Shown: positions 1-11,922, numbered from the stretch's first letter. The stretch: DNA of 47,690 nt from Candidatus Omnitrophota bacterium (GCA_017994375.1 JAGOLA010000001.1:1-47690), one strand, 5' to 3'. Numbers and translations are program-made. Notes: generated by a model from the letters alone, not told the origin.

Positions 1-1559
1 GCTATACACACTACTGCTCGGTATTCGTCAATAAGAGCTATCGGACCATGCTTCATTTCTCCGGCAGGGTATCCTTCGGCTGGGATATAAGAGATCTCCT
101 TTAATTTTAGCGCACCTTCTAAAGCTAAAGGATAATTTAAGCCGCGACCTAAAAATAAAAATGAACCAAATTTAGAGAATATTTTGGCAATTTTTTTTAT
201 CCTATCAATACTCTCCAAAGTTCTTTTTTGCATATAGGGCATTTGGCGTAAATCTTTTAAAACTTTGGTGAGCTCTCTATTTTTAATATTACCTTTTATA
301 AAGCCTAGATAAAGAGAAAATAAATAGAGGGCTAATAACTGGGCAGTATAGGCTTTGGTAGAAGCTACTCCGATTTCCGGTCCGGCCAAAGTGGCAATAA
401 TACCGTTACTTTCTTTGAATAAGCTGGAGCCTAAAACATTGCAAATACTTAAAATCGTGGCGCCTTTCTTTTTGGCTTCATCTACCGCAGCCAAAGTATC
501 GGCGGTTTCGCCAGATTGCGAAATAGCTATCAGCAAGTCTTTTTTATCTAAATTCATTCGTCGATAACGAAATTCCGAAGAGGTATCTATCTGGACTTCG
601 ATATCGCAGTTCTTCTCCAAAAAATATTTAGCGCCGTAGCCAGCATGGTAAGCGGTACCACAGGCGGTAATATAAATTTTATTAATTCTTTTTAAAAAAT
701 TTTCGCTGATATTAATAGCCGGAAAGTGTATTTTCCCGCCACGAATATATAAGGAAATTATTTTTTCGGATATTTCCGGCTGCTCAAAAATTTCTTTTAG
801 CATAAAGTGCTCAAAGCCTTTCTTCTGGGCAGCGGCGGCTTCCAAAGTAACTTTTTCTACTTTTAATTTAACCGTTTTCTTTTTAAAATCGAAAATCTCT
901 ACCTTATCTTTATTTATGACCGCTAACTCTTTATCTTTTAAATAAATTACTCGCCTAGTAAAAGGCAACATGGCTGGAATATCGGAAGCTAAAAATTTAC
1001 CCTTCTTGCCTAAACCAATTATCAAAGGACTAGCTTTTCTGGCCACTATAATATCATCTGGCTTAAACAAAGATAATACCCCTAAAGCAAATGAACCGTG
1101 CAACTTCTCCAAAGCCCTAATAACCGCTTCTTCCAAAGATCCTTGGTAGAAACTTTCAATTAAATGAGCTATCACTTCGCTATCGGTTTCACTTACAAAA
1201 CGATGGCCTTTAGTAAGCAATTCTTCTTTTATAGCGTGGAAATTCTCAATTATGCCGTTGTGAACTACGGCTATGTTTTTTTGACAATCAAAGTGAGGGT
1301 GGGCATTTATAGTGGTTGGTCGACCATGAGTAGCCCAACGTGTATGCAGAATCCCGATGGAAACATCTTCTTTAAGTTTATCGTTTAGTTCTTTTTTTAA
1401 TTCCCGGATTTTCCCGGAACGCTTGCGAGAGAAAAACTTCTTATTTTTTATTACCGCTAGCCCGCAAGAATCATATCCCCGATATTCCAAGCGCTCCAGA
1501 CCTTCTATAAGGCTTGCTAGGGGTACTTTTTCTCCGACATATCCAAAAATTCCGCACAT
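1..1559 (-). CDS. glmS: glutamine--fructose-6-phosphate aminotransferase, 3' end cut by window edge
   Basis: Absent from the ORF track because it runs off the window. The reverse strand from ATG at 1559 reads MCGIFGYVGEKVP (Ntn-amidotransferase Cys2 start). In the same frame near the edge it reads ALEGALKLKEISYIPAEGYPAGEMKHGPIALIDE (GlmS SIS-domain motif). The + strand ORFs 355-567, 1164-1388 and 1357-1572 are antisense shadows. Confidence 0.9.
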   Translation of the reverse strand, partial: MCGIFGYVGEKVPLASLIEGLERLEYRGYDSCGLAVIKNKKFFSRKRSGKIRELKKELNDKLKEDVSIGILHTRWATHGRPTTINAHPHFDCQKNIAVVHNGIIENFHAIKEELLTKGHRFVSETDSEVIAHLIESFYQGSLEEAVIRALEKLHGSFALGVLSLFKPDDIIVARKASPLIIGLGKKGKFLASDIPAMLPFTRRVIYLKDKELAVINKDKVEIFDFKKKTVKLKVEKVTLEAAAAQKKGFEHFMLKEIFEQPEISEKIISLYIRGGKIHFPAINISENFLKRINKIYITACGTAYHAGYGAKYFLEKNCDIEVQIDTSSEFRYRRMNLDKKDLLIAISQSGETADTLAAVDEAKKKGATILSICNVLGSSLFKESNGIIATLAGPEIGVASTKAYTAQLLALYLFSLYLGFIKGNIKNRELTKVLKDLRQMPYMQKRTLESIDRIKKIAKIFSKFGSFLFLGRGLNYPLALEGALKLKEISYIPAEGYPAGEMKHGPIALIDEYRAVVCI

Positions 1560-1568
1560 TAGACTACT

Positions 1569-2021
1569 TTAATTTTCTTTCTTGGTATCTTTGGAAGAAA
1601 CAAAGAAATTTTCTACGTTTTGATTAGTAAAATAAATTATTAATACGCCTAGATAAGCTACCTGCAAGATAACAAATCTTATCATGGCCGGCGAAAGAAG
1701 TATAGATAAAAATATTAAAAAAGCCAGGGCAAAAGAAAGATAAACTGTTATTTTTCTAGCCCAATTTTTTTTTAGAATAAGGCCTATGCCGCTAGCTAAA
1801 AACACTAGGGCTATCATAGCTGGTATGATATTGTAAACTTTGAACTGTTCAAAAGTTATGTTTATGGCTAAATTTTTATGCTTAAATAAGGCTAAGACCT
1901 TCTCAAAATCCTGGGGAGTAAGGCTGAGATAATTTATTAGGGCTGCTAAGCCTAAAAAGCAATTAGTAACTCCTAAAATTGTAGACCCGATAAGATTTTT
2001 GTTGGTATTTGGCTCTTTCAT
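1569..2021 (-). CDS. hypothetical integral membrane protein (about 4 hydrophobic segments)
   Basis: 150-aa ORF with several long hydrophobic stretches. It ends 9 nt upstream of the glmS start. No recognisable family motif. Confidence 0.5.
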   Translation of the reverse strand: MKEPNTNKNLIGSTILGVTNCFLGLAALINYLSLTPQDFEKVLALFKHKNLAINITFEQFKVYNIIPAMIALVFLASGIGLILKKNWARKITVYLSFALAFLIFLSILLSPAMIRFVILQVAYLGVLIIYFTNQNVENFFVSSKDTKKEN

Positions 2022-2037
2022 GGTGTGTAAAATAAAA

Positions 2038-2112
2038 CGACCCCAGCCGGATTTGAACCGGCGCCGTCGCCGTGAAAGGGCGATGTCCTAAACCGGGCTA
2101 GACGATGGGGTC
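2038..2112 (-). tRNA. tRNA-Glu (anticodon UUC)
   Basis: The reverse complement folds as GACCCCA-UC-GUCU..GGAC-A-UCGCC-CUUUCAC-GGCGA-CGGC-GCCGG-UUCAAAU-CCGGC-UGGGGUC-G. This is a cloverleaf with a UUC anticodon in a 7-nt loop. CCA is not encoded. Confidence 0.9.
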
Positions 2113-2127
2113 GCAAAAATATTATTT

Positions 2128-2155
2128 ATTTTAGATTAGAAGCTTATTTTGTCAA
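2128..2155 (-). promoter_or_regulatory. sigma70-like promoter candidate for tRNA-Glu
   Basis: On the - strand: TTGACA (2155-2150), 16-nt spacer, TAAAAT (2133-2128), about 15 nt upstream of the tRNA 5' end. Confidence 0.45.
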
Positions 2156-2182
2156 CCTTAGAATAGTAGTTTTTCCTAAGCA

Positions 2183-4624
2183 TTAATCTTCGGGGATTAT
2201 CCTAGCAATAGTAGAAAGTTTGTCGTCTTTATCTAAGTTTATTATCCTTACTCCTTGCGTTGAACGACCGGAGGCACGAATATCACCAACTTTGGTCCGG
2301 ATAAGAACTCCTTTCTCGGTAATACAAACAATTTCATCTTGCGGACTAACTAAAACTAAGGCTCTTACTTCACCTATCTTGTTAGAAAGTTTTATGTTGA
2401 TTACCCCCTTACCACCCCGCGACTGTAAGCGGTACTCTTCAACGGCAGTCCTTTTAGCAAAACCATTTTCGGTAGCAGTAAGGATATAGTTTTCTTCTTT
2501 TTTAATGCTTCCTTTGATCAGCACCATGCTAAGATTATAATCACCTTTAGATAATCTCATCCCTCGCACGCCTTGCGATTGGCGGCCGGTAGGACGGACA
2601 TCTTTTAAGTTAAATCTTATCGATAACCCCTTGATAGTAGCTAAAATTATTTCATCTTTTTCTTCACAAACTCCGGCTCCGACCAAATTGTCTCCTTTTT
2701 CTAAAGTTATGGCAAAAATGCCGCTTTTACGGATATTAGAAAATAAATCTAGAGCTGTCCTTTTAACTATTCCTTGTTGCGTAGCCATAAAAATAAACTT
2801 ATTGCTCTCAAAATCCTGTATCGATAAGATAGCAGTAATTTTTTCTTCATTAGGTAAACTTAAAATATTTACTACTGCCCGGCCTTTAGAGGTCCTTGAG
2901 CCTAAAGGAACCTCGTAGGTTTTTAAGGGGTATACCTTACCTTGGTTAGTAAAGAATAATAACGTATCCCGGCTAGAGGCTACAAAGAGATGCTCTACGA
3001 AATCCTCTTCCGAAGTAGTCATGGCTGTTACGCCCCGGCCACCTCTTTTTTGCTGACGATAAGCGGCTAACGGCATTCTTTTTATATATCCGGACCCGGT
3101 TACGCTTATCACCATATCTTCCTCGATAATTAAATCTTCCGTTTCCAGTTCCTCTTTCTGGGCCACTATTGCGGTTCGGCGAGGATCGGTAAATTTTTGT
3201 TTTATATCGGCCAATTCGTCTTTTATCACCAGTTCCTGTTTTTTTTCCGAAGCTAGTATTGACTTTAATTGTTCGATGGTCTTCAACAACTCCAGATATT
3301 CCTGATCTATCTTTTTCCTCTCTAAAGCACATAATCTCTGCAGTTGCATCTCTAAAATAGCCTGAGCTTGTATTTCAGAAAGTTTAAATTTCTCCATCAA
3401 TGCTATTTTCGCTTCTTGAGGATTTTGGGATTTTTTAATTACTTCGACGACTTTATCTAAAAATTTCAAAGCGATTTTTAATCCTTCTAGGATATGCGCT
3501 CTCTTTTCAGCTTTATCAAGTTCGAATTGGGTCCGGCGCACAATAACTTCCTTACGGAATTGAATATAGTGAGATAAAAACTCTTTGAGGTCAAAAATCT
3601 CTGGCTTACGATTAACAAGGCATAAGAAGATAGCGCCAAAAGTGCTTTCCATGCTAGTGTGTTTATAGAGTTGGTTTAAAACGATGTCGGATTGAACATC
3701 ACGCTTCAATTCCATCACAATTCTCACGCCATCTTTATTGGATTCGTCGCGCAAATCCGATATGCCTTCTATTTTTTTATCATTGATAAGAGTGGCTATT
3801 TGTTCCACTAAGGTAGTTTTATTAAGTTGGTAAGGAATTTCGGTAACGATGATTTGGTTTTTATTTTTTTCATGTTCAATTATTACTTTAGCCCGCAGGG
3901 TAAGCTTTCCCCTGCCGTCTTTATACATCTTGACGATATCTTCTTTGCCGCAGATTAAACCGCCGGTAGGAAAGTCCGGTCCTTTTATATACTTACATAA
4001 ATCCTTTACGGTTGCCTTAGGGTTATCTATCAAATAAATTACGGCGTCGCAAACTTCCTGCAAATTATGCGGAGGAATATTAGTGGCCATACCAACTGCT
4101 ATACCACTAGCTCCATTAATTAGCATGTTAGGTAAAATTGCCGGAAGCACTTCTGGTTCTTCTAAAGAATTATCGAAGGTGGGGAAAAAATTAACGGTTT
4201 TTTTATCTATATCTTGGAGCAAATATTCACTGGGGCGCGCCATCCTGGCTTCGGAATACCGCATTGCTGCCGGCGGGTCGCCATCAATAGAGCCAAAGTT
4301 TCCTTGGCCGTCTACTAAAGGATAACGTAAAGAAAAATCCTGGGCCATTCTCACTAGAGCATCGTAGACGGCGATATCACCGTGTGGATGATATTTACCT
4401 AAAGTTTCTCCGACGATTCGCGCACACTTCTTATAAGGCTGGTTGTACCGCAAATGCAACTCGTGCATAGCATAAAGAATCCTTCTCTGCACCGGTTTAA
4501 GGCCATCTCTTATGTCCGGAAGCGCCCGACCTACAATTACGCTCATCGCGTAAGAGAGGTAGGATTCCTTCATCTCCTCTTCTAAATCCCTAGTAATTAT
4601 TTTTTCTTTATTTTTTTCAATCAT
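2183..4624 (-). CDS. gyrA: DNA gyrase subunit A
   Basis: 813 aa. N-terminal [33 protein letters not shown], and active-site region [11 protein letters not shown]-terminal beta-pinwheel repeats. Sits 2 nt downstream of gyrB. Confidence 0.97.
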   Translation of the reverse strand: MIEKNKEKIITRDLEEEMKESYLSYAMSVIVGRALPDIRDGLKPVQRRILYAMHELHLRYNQPYKKCARIVGETLGKYHPHGDIAVYDALVRMAQDFSLRYPLVDGQGNFGSIDGDPPAAMRYSEARMARPSEYLLQDIDKKTVNFFPTFDNSLEEPEVLPAILPNMLINGASGIAVGMATNIPPHNLQEVCDAVIYLIDNPKATVKDLCKYIKGPDFPTGGLICGKEDIVKMYKDGRGKLTLRAKVIIEHEKNKNQIIVTEIPYQLNKTTLVEQIATLINDKKIEGISDLRDESNKDGVRIVMELKRDVQSDIVLNQLYKHTSMESTFGAIFLCLVNRKPEIFDLKEFLSHYIQFRKEVIVRRTQFELDKAEKRAHILEGLKIALKFLDKVVEVIKKSQNPQEAKIALMEKFKLSEIQAQAILEMQLQRLCALERKKIDQEYLELLKTIEQLKSILASEKKQELVIKDELADIKQKFTDPRRTAIVAQKEELETEDLIIEEDMVISVTGSGYIKRMPLAAYRQQKRGGRGVTAMTTSEEDFVEHLFVASSRDTLLFFTNQGKVYPLKTYEVPLGSRTSKGRAVVNILSLPNEEKITAILSIQDFESNKFIFMATQQGIVKRTALDLFSNIRKSGIFAITLEKGDNLVGAGVCEEKDEIILATIKGLSIRFNLKDVRPTGRQSQGVRGMRLSKGDYNLSMVLIKGSIKKEENYILTATENGFAKRTAVEEYRLQSRGGKGVINIKLSNKIGEVRALVLVSPQDEIVCITEKGVLIRTKVGDIRASGRSTQGVRIINLDKDDKLSTIARIIPED

Positions 4625-4626
4625 AA

Positions 4627-6978
<2,352 letters not shown>

Positions 6979-7254
6979 CTAACTACACTCTATTTGTATT
7001 TTATTAATTTGAGGGGAGTTTTTTTGAATTTCTTTAAGCAACTGTTCTTTTTTTAAATTTACGATATAGGCTAGACCGGAAGAGTCCGAGCCTAAAATAA
7101 TCGTATCATCGGTTATTCTTTTTAGCTTAATCTGTGACTGTATGTTTTCATCAAAAAGCTTTTTGGTGATCCGCTCTATTTTTTTTTGGATAAGAAACTC
7201 CCTTTTTTTAATCTCTAAAAAATCGGAAATGATTTGTTTTATATGCGTCGCCAT
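6979..7254 (-). CDS. DUF721-type small protein
   Basis: 91 aa. It occupies the conserved slot between dnaN/recF and gyrB. The central segment RITDDTIILGSDSSGLAYIVNLKKEQLLKEI resembles the DUF721 pattern. Assignment is from context plus a weak motif. Confidence 0.55.
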   Translation of the reverse strand: MATHIKQIISDFLEIKKREFLIQKKIERITKKLFDENIQSQIKLKRITDDTIILGSDSSGLAYIVNLKKEQLLKEIQKNSPQINKIQIECS

Positions 7255-7258
7255 GCAA

Positions 7259-8356
7259 TTATAATTTTACCGGTAAAACTAAATAGGTATAATTTTCTCT
7301 TTTTAAAACAGCTGGTTTGTCAGCGCCGAAAAAAGAAATTGTAACTTTTTCGTCTTCAAGATTTTTTAAGACATCGATGAGATAGTTGGGGTTAAAACCT
7401 ATTTCTAAATGCGAACCGCTATATTGAGCTTCGATTTCTTCTTTGGCTTCGCCTAATTGAGGGGTATTTTTAGAAAAAACTATATTATTTTTTTTCAGTT
7501 CTATCTTCACCCCTTGATAGTCCGAAGTGGAAAGAAGGCTGGCTCTCCTTAGGGCATATAAAAAGTCTCGACGGTCTACAACTAATTTATCTTTGCCTTC
7601 ACTAGGAATGTATTGCTGATAATTAGGGAATTCCCCCTCGGTTGGCCGAGCAATAAAACGCATATTGGCCCAATCAAATTCTATTCTGTTATTTTCGATA
7701 GATAAATACAACTCTTCCTGTTCCTCTTTGATTAATTTTTGTAATTCATTGGCGGCTTTAATGGGAAGAATAAAGGATATTTTAGTTTTTACCTCGGGTT
7801 GATTGGCAGCCAGTTGACTTTCGCTAAAAGCTAATCTCTTACCATCGGTTGCTACAAGATTTATCTTGTTCTCAAATATCTCGAAAAGTATTCCATTTAA
7901 CACGTAATTCACATCCTCCATCCCCACACAAAAAGATGTTAAAGAAAACATTTCTTTTAAATTTTGGGCTTGAATTTTGATAACCGATACTGCTTTATTC
8001 TCTTGCACTACAGGGAAATCTTCGGTATTGAAAGTGTTTATTTTAAATTCAATTTTTCCACACTTTATTAACAAAATGTTTTTATTTTTTTCTAACTCTA
8101 TTTCTTGAGGGGGTAATTCTCTAATAATAGGTGCAAAATTTTTAACTGGGATGACCACTTCTCCTGGTGTTATTACATTAGCTGAGCAGGTCGAAATAAT
8201 AGTTACGTCTAAATCGGTGGAAGTAATTCTGATTTCTTCTTTAGTAGCTTTTATTAATATAGCATTAAGTATTGGGGAGGTTTGTTTCGAAATATTGTAA
8301 CTTAAAGTTTTTTGTAGACAGTTAGCGAGTACTTCTTTATTAATAATAAACTTCAT
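7259..8356 (-). CDS. dnaN: DNA polymerase III beta sliding clamp
   Basis: 365 aa, typical three-domain clamp length, located directly downstream of dnaA. The C-terminal LVLPVKL-type ending is typical of DnaN. Confidence 0.9.
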   Translation of the reverse strand: MKFIINKEVLANCLQKTLSYNISKQTSPILNAILIKATKEEIRITSTDLDVTIISTCSANVITPGEVVIPVKNFAPIIRELPPQEIELEKNKNILLIKCGKIEFKINTFNTEDFPVVQENKAVSVIKIQAQNLKEMFSLTSFCVGMEDVNYVLNGILFEIFENKINLVATDGKRLAFSESQLAANQPEVKTKISFILPIKAANELQKLIKEEQEELYLSIENNRIEFDWANMRFIARPTEGEFPNYQQYIPSEGKDKLVVDRRDFLYALRRASLLSTSDYQGVKIELKKNNIVFSKNTPQLGEAKEEIEAQYSGSHLEIGFNPNYLIDVLKNLEDEKVTISFFGADKPAVLKRENYTYLVLPVKL

Positions 8357-8382
8357 AAATTAGTAGTATTAGTAGTATTAAT

Positions 8383-8391
8383 TGTGTATAA
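8383..8391 (-). promoter_or_regulatory. DnaA box (TTATACACA, fits TTATNCACA) in the dnaA-dnaN spacer
   Basis: The + strand reads TGTGTATAA. It lies in a 101-bp AT-rich spacer that also contains tandem TAGTAGTAT x2 (8361-8378). Confidence 0.4.
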
Positions 8392-8457
8392 GGTGTAAAA
8401 GGCTATATTGTATCAAAACAAAAGGAAAAAATAAATAATATTTTTATAATAAAATGT

Positions 8458-9792
8458 TTAACCACCTTTGATTTCCTGTGTAATACTGTTAATTGAGAAT
8501 TTTAGTTTTTCGTCTTTTTTCAAATCTTGTTCGATTTTTTTATAAGCATATAAAATAGTAGTATGATGTTTAGCGCCGAAAAAACCTCCGATTTCCGGCA
8601 GAGATAATTCGGTCAATTTTCTTATTAAATACATAGCTATTTGGCGGGGTAGAACTAAGTTTTTATTCCTTCCTTTCTTTTTTAAATCCTCCTTATTAAA
8701 ATCGAAGTAATTACTAACTTTTTCTAAAATCAGCTCCGGAGTGGTGCGCCGGTAAATCTCTTTTACCATATCTTTTAAGATATCCTTAGCTAATATTAAA
8801 CTAATCGGCTTATCTTCTATTAAAGAATAAGCAATAATCCTGATTAAAGCTCCCTCCAATTCTCTTATGTTGGTAGTAACATTTCGAGCAATAAAATCAA
8901 TGACTTCTGGGTCTATTTTAACCGGGTCTTTTTCTAATTTTTTTTGTAAAATAGCAACCCTAGTTTCATAATCCGGGGGGTGTATATCTACCACCAATCC
9001 CCAACTGAAGCGCGAAACCAACCTTTCTTCTAAGCGAGGTATTTCTTTAGGTGGCCGATCAGAGGATACGATAATTTGTTTATGATAGTCGTATAAAACA
9101 TTAAAGGTATGGAAAAATTCTTCTTGGGCCGCTTCTTTACCGGCTAAGAATTGGATATCATCGATTAATAAAGCATCGATTTCTCGATATTTCTGGCGAA
9201 ATTTTTCGGTAGAACGATTCCGGATAGAAAGAATAAGTTCGTTAGTAAATTTTTCCGAAGAGGTGTATTTTACTTTAAATTGAGGATTTTCCAAAAGAAT
9301 CCTTTGGGCAGTAGCTTGCATAAGGTGAGTTTTACCCAAACCTACACCACCGTAGATAAAAAGCGGGTTATACGATTTCCCTGGCGCGGTAGCCACAGCT
9401 AAAGAAGCGGCGTGTGCCATGCGGTTAGAAGCCCCAACAATAAAATTTTCGAAAGAGAAACGCGGGTTCAAGCGCAAAGAACTTTGGGGTTCTTCGGCGA
9501 AATTTTTCTGGATAGTTTTAAAAATTTTATTAGTTTTTCGCTGTAGAAGGTTAGGGTTAACACTAAGAGAAACCTCGAAGTTGTTTTGGCCGACCTCTTT
9601 CAAGACTTCCTTTATCTGAGCAAGATAATTACTTTCTACCCAATTTTTGAAAAAACTATCCGGCGCTTCCAAAATGATAGAAAAAGGCCCAGTTTTTTTA
9701 ACGTTTAAAGGAGCAATCCAAGTATCAAAGGAGGTTTCTCCAAGGCTATTTTTTAATTTTTCTTTACAGTTTTGCCACAGAAGGTCTTCCAT
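8458..9792 (-). CDS. dnaA: chromosomal replication initiator protein DnaA
   Basis: AAA+ Walker A GGVGLGKTHL, Walker B LLIDDIQF, C-terminal DNA-binding domain (KHHTTILYAYKKI). The ORF track starts at GTG 9813. I prefer ATG 9792 (MEDLLWQ) because codons 1-7 of the longer form are themselves DnaA boxes. Confidence 0.93.
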   Translation of the reverse strand: MEDLLWQNCKEKLKNSLGETSFDTWIAPLNVKKTGPFSIILEAPDSFFKNWVESNYLAQIKEVLKEVGQNNFEVSLSVNPNLLQRKTNKIFKTIQKNFAEEPQSSLRLNPRFSFENFIVGASNRMAHAASLAVATAPGKSYNPLFIYGGVGLGKTHLMQATAQRILLENPQFKVKYTSSEKFTNELILSIRNRSTEKFRQKYREIDALLIDDIQFLAGKEAAQEEFFHTFNVLYDYHKQIIVSSDRPPKEIPRLEERLVSRFSWGLVVDIHPPDYETRVAILQKKLEKDPVKIDPEVIDFIARNVTTNIRELEGALIRIIAYSLIEDKPISLILAKDILKDMVKEIYRRTTPELILEKVSNYFDFNKEDLKKKGRNKNLVLPRQIAMYLIRKLTELSLPEIGGFFGAKHHTTILYAYKKIEQDLKKDEKLKFSINSITQEIKGG

Positions 9793-9796
9793 TTTG

Positions 9797-9825
9797 TTAT
9801 CCACAATATCCACAATTTATCCACA
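9797..9825 (+). promoter_or_regulatory. three tandem DnaA boxes
   Basis: TTATCCACA (9797-9805), ATATCCACA (9806-9814) and TTATCCACA (9817-9825), all in the same orientation. They begin 5 nt upstream of the dnaA ATG. Candidate autoregulatory or oriC boxes. Confidence 0.8.
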
Positions 9826-9886
9826 GTATTTTGGTAAGAGCAGAATAATTATATCGTAATAATTATGCTTTGCAATATTTTTATAG

Positions 9887-9914
9887 TTGACACCGAAATA
9901 ATATATGTTAAAAT
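9887..9914 (+). promoter_or_regulatory. sigma70-like promoter candidate for rpmH-yidD-yidC
   Basis: TTGACA (9887-9892), 16-nt spacer, TAAAAT (9909-9914) preceded by TGT (extended -10-like). It sits 9 nt upstream of the rpmH ATG, implying a very short leader. Confidence 0.4.
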
Positions 9915-9922
9915 TCCCCTCT

Positions 9923-10060
9923 ATGAAGAAAAACTTCAAAACACCTACAAAATTAAAAGGTAAAAAACGTCATGGATTTCGAAAGCGCCAAAAAACTAAA
10001 AACGGAAGGAAAGTTTTATGGCGAAGGAGAAAAAAAGGGAGAAAAAAGCTCACAGTATGA
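9923..10060 (+). CDS. rpmH: 50S ribosomal protein L34
   Basis: Too short for the ORF track. Hand translation gives [45 protein letters not shown], matching the L34 pattern (..HGFR.R..T.NGR.VL.RRR.KGR..LTV). It is divergent from dnaA, as in most bacteria. Confidence 0.92.
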   Translation: MKKNFKTPTKLKGKKRHGFRKRQKTKNGRKVLWRRRKKGRKKLTV

Positions 10061-10263
10061 AGAGGTTGGTCATTCTTTTATTAGACATTTACCGCCTCTT
10101 TCCACTAGGGTTTCCTAAGCGCTGTATTTATGTGCCTAGTTGTTCTGAATACGCCCGGCAAGCTTTTGAGCGTTTTTCATTCCGAAAAGCTTTAAAATTA
10201 ACTTGCTTACGAGTTCTGCGTTGCCACCCTTTTTCCCAAGGCGGTTTTGATCCAGTAGAGTAA
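10057..10263 (+). CDS. yidD: membrane protein insertion efficiency factor YidD
   Basis: Motifs [14 protein letters not shown] and GGFDPV. I chose ATG 10057 (MKRLVILLL), which overlaps the rpmH stop as ATGA. The track's 10018 start would overlap rpmH by 43 nt. Confidence 0.88.
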   Translation: MKRLVILLLDIYRLFPLGFPKRCIYVPSCSEYARQAFERFSFRKALKLTCLRVLRCHPFSQGGFDPVE

Positions 10264-10267
10264 TTTT

Positions 10268-11704
10268 ATGGAAAAAAGACTTTTTTTAGTTTTTTTTATT
10301 ATTTTGGCTTTTTCACTGATTTGGGGCCAAATAGTTACTAAATATCTTCCACAACAACCTGCCGGACAATTAGATAAGAATAAATACCCTTCTAGTGAAG
10401 CTATTGAAGAGTCTTCTGCAAAAGAGCCTAAAGAGACGCTCCCAGAAGACAATATAGAAAACACAAACTTACCACAGGTAAGTATAGGTAATTTTATTAT
10501 AACATATTCTCTCCAAGGAGGTTACATAAAAAATATTGCTTATAAAACCACCGATAATATCCTCCCTTTTAGCGATATCGGATTTTTAGACTGCCAAAAA
10601 GATCAATATTTTCAAGCCTCTTTTATTAAAGAAGCTTTAATTTTTCAAGGGCTCAACGGGGTAAAAAAAGAGTTTGTTTTCCAAGAAAATACTCTAGAGA
10701 TAAAACAAACCCCTCTACCAACTTGCCCAGTATTATTATTCTCTAATTATTTGCATTCCAATGGATTAGAGCAAAAATATCAAGATATATTCTATGCTCA
10801 AAATTCTAATATTCAACATTATCCTCTCCAAAAGCTTAAAGAACAGAGTTTAGCCGGGATTGATTTTATTGGCGGCCGTAATCGTTACTATTGTTTATCG
10901 TTACTGCCTGATAACTATAAAGTAGATATAATAAGAGCTAAAAATTCGGCCCAAGTTTATTTGTCCCCTTCTTCTGTAATTCGATTCTATATTGGGCCAC
11001 AAATTGAGGCCGAACTAAAAGCTCATAATCTGCAAAGTATTGTTAATTACGGGTTTTTTGATTCTATTGCTAAGGTAATGATTAAACTCCTCTATTTCCT
11101 TTATTCGCTAACTAAAAATTGGGGTTTAAGTATTATTATTTTTGCTGTTTTTATTTATTTTGTCCTCCATCCTTTTACTGCCAAAAGTACTAAAGCTATG
11201 CGGAAAATGCAAGAAATTCAACCTCAAATGGAAGAGTTAAAGAAAAAACATCAAGACTCCCCGCAAAAATTACAAAAAGAGACTATTGAACTTTATCGCC
11301 AACATAAAATTAACCCCCTGGGAGGGTGTTTGCCATTATTTCTACAATTACCGATCTTTATTTCTCTCTACCAAATCCTCTACCGTTTGGTAGAATTAAA
11401 AGGAGCTAATTTTCTATGGATTCGAGACCTTTCTTCACCCGATCACCTTTTTAAGCTTCCTTTCCCTTCACCTTTAGATTATTTTAATCTTCTTCCGATA
11501 TTGTTAATGATAGTAGGCTTAATCCAGCAAAAAGTGACTACTTCAGCTCATATGTCTGCTGACCAGAGAAGAATGGGCTTATTTTTTGGAGTATTTTTAG
11601 GGGTAATTTTTTATAATTTCCCTTCAGCTTTAGTCCTTTATTGGTTCGTCCAAAATTTACTCACCTTTTTTTATCAGTTGCGTCTCGCCAAAACTAGTCG
11701 ATGA
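10268..11704 (+). CDS. yidC: membrane protein insertase YidC (long, diderm-type periplasmic domain)
   Basis: 478 aa. N-terminal TM, an approximately 250-aa periplasmic domain, then the conserved core NPLGGCLPLFLQLPIFISLY and FPSALVLYWFVQN. Confidence 0.95.
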   Translation: MEKRLFLVFFIILAFSLIWGQIVTKYLPQQPAGQLDKNKYPSSEAIEESSAKEPKETLPEDNIENTNLPQVSIGNFIITYSLQGGYIKNIAYKTTDNILPFSDIGFLDCQKDQYFQASFIKEALIFQGLNGVKKEFVFQENTLEIKQTPLPTCPVLLFSNYLHSNGLEQKYQDIFYAQNSNIQHYPLQKLKEQSLAGIDFIGGRNRYYCLSLLPDNYKVDIIRAKNSAQVYLSPSSVIRFYIGPQIEAELKAHNLQSIVNYGFFDSIAKVMIKLLYFLYSLTKNWGLSIIIFAVFIYFVLHPFTAKSTKAMRKMQEIQPQMEELKKKHQDSPQKLQKETIELYRQHKINPLGGCLPLFLQLPIFISLYQILYRLVELKGANFLWIRDLSSPDHLFKLPFPSPLDYFNLLPILLMIVGLIQQKVTTSAHMSADQRRMGLFFGVFLGVIFYNFPSALVLYWFVQNLLTFFYQLRLAKTSR

Positions 11705-11709
11705 ATTTT

Positions 11710-11733
11710 TATCGTTTCCACGTGGAAACGATA
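11710..11733. promoter_or_regulatory. parS-like palindrome copy 1 (24-bp perfect palindrome)
   Basis: TATCGTTTCCACGTGGAAACGATA, with core GTTTCCACGTGGAAAC at 11714-11729. It starts 6 nt after the yidC stop and is followed by AATATTTTTTT, so it could also act as the yidC terminator hairpin. Confidence 0.6.
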
Positions 11734-11760
11734 AATATTTTTTTAGGTATTTTAAATAGT

Positions 11761-11776
11761 ATTTCCACGTGGAAAC
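11761..11776. promoter_or_regulatory. parS-like palindrome copy 2
   Basis: ATTTCCACGTGGAAAC. The 14-bp perfect palindrome TTTCCACGTGGAAA lies at 11762-11775. Confidence 0.55.
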
Positions 11777-11791
11777 TAAGTTATAGCTACC

Positions 11792-11807
11792 GTTTTCACG
11801 TGGAAAC
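11792..11807. promoter_or_regulatory. parS-like palindrome copy 3 (one half-site variant)
   Basis: GTTTTCACGTGGAAAC. The left half has T in place of C, and the site is followed by GCTATA as in copy 4. Confidence 0.5.
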
Positions 11808-11869
11808 GCTATAGTTGATCAGAGAACCTAATGATTTTAAAGACTTTTTAGGATACTCTGATAAATAAC

Positions 11870-11898
11870 TTGACAGAACAAAGTCTTAAATATAAAAT
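11870..11898 (+). promoter_or_regulatory. sigma70-like promoter candidate for parAB
   Basis: TTGACA (11870-11875), 17-nt spacer, TAAAAT (11893-11898). Confidence 0.5.
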
Positions 11899-11906
11899 AA
11901 TTTCTA

Positions 11907-11922
11907 GTTTCCACGTGGAAAC
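11907..11922. promoter_or_regulatory. parS-like palindrome copy 4, overlapping the predicted parA transcription start
   Basis: GTTTCCACGTGGAAAC, starting 9 nt downstream of the candidate -10 at 11893-11898 and 27 nt upstream of the parA ATG. Confidence 0.6.

Noticed and set aside
1560-1568. A glmS ribozyme upstream of glmS.
   Set aside because: Only 9 nt separate the glmS start from the upstream ORF's stop, so there is no room for the roughly 170-nt ribozyme.
355-1572. The + strand ORFs 355-567, 1164-1388 and 1357-1572.
   Set aside because: They are antisense to the glmS reading frame, which is unambiguous from its N-terminal MCGIFGY and C-terminal SIS motifs.
9793-9813. A GTG start at 9813 for dnaA (MDIVDNK extension, as given in the ORF track).
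   Set aside because: Those 21 nt consist of DnaA boxes (TTATCCACA/ATATCCACA). The ATG at 9792 gives a normal DnaA N-terminus and leaves the boxes in the promoter. This is not proven, and the longer form remains possible.
10018-10056. A longer yidD start at 10018, giving a Lys-rich [13 protein letters not shown] extension.
   Set aside because: That segment is the rpmH coding region read in another frame. ATG 10057 gives an ATGA stop-start overlap and a normal YidD length.
11710-11922. Four repeats with short spacers could be mistaken for a mini CRISPR array.
   Set aside because: The repeats are only 14-24 bp and perfectly palindromic. Spacers are irregular (31, 15 and 99 bp) and no cas genes are present. 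The position next to parAB fits parS-type protein-binding sites.
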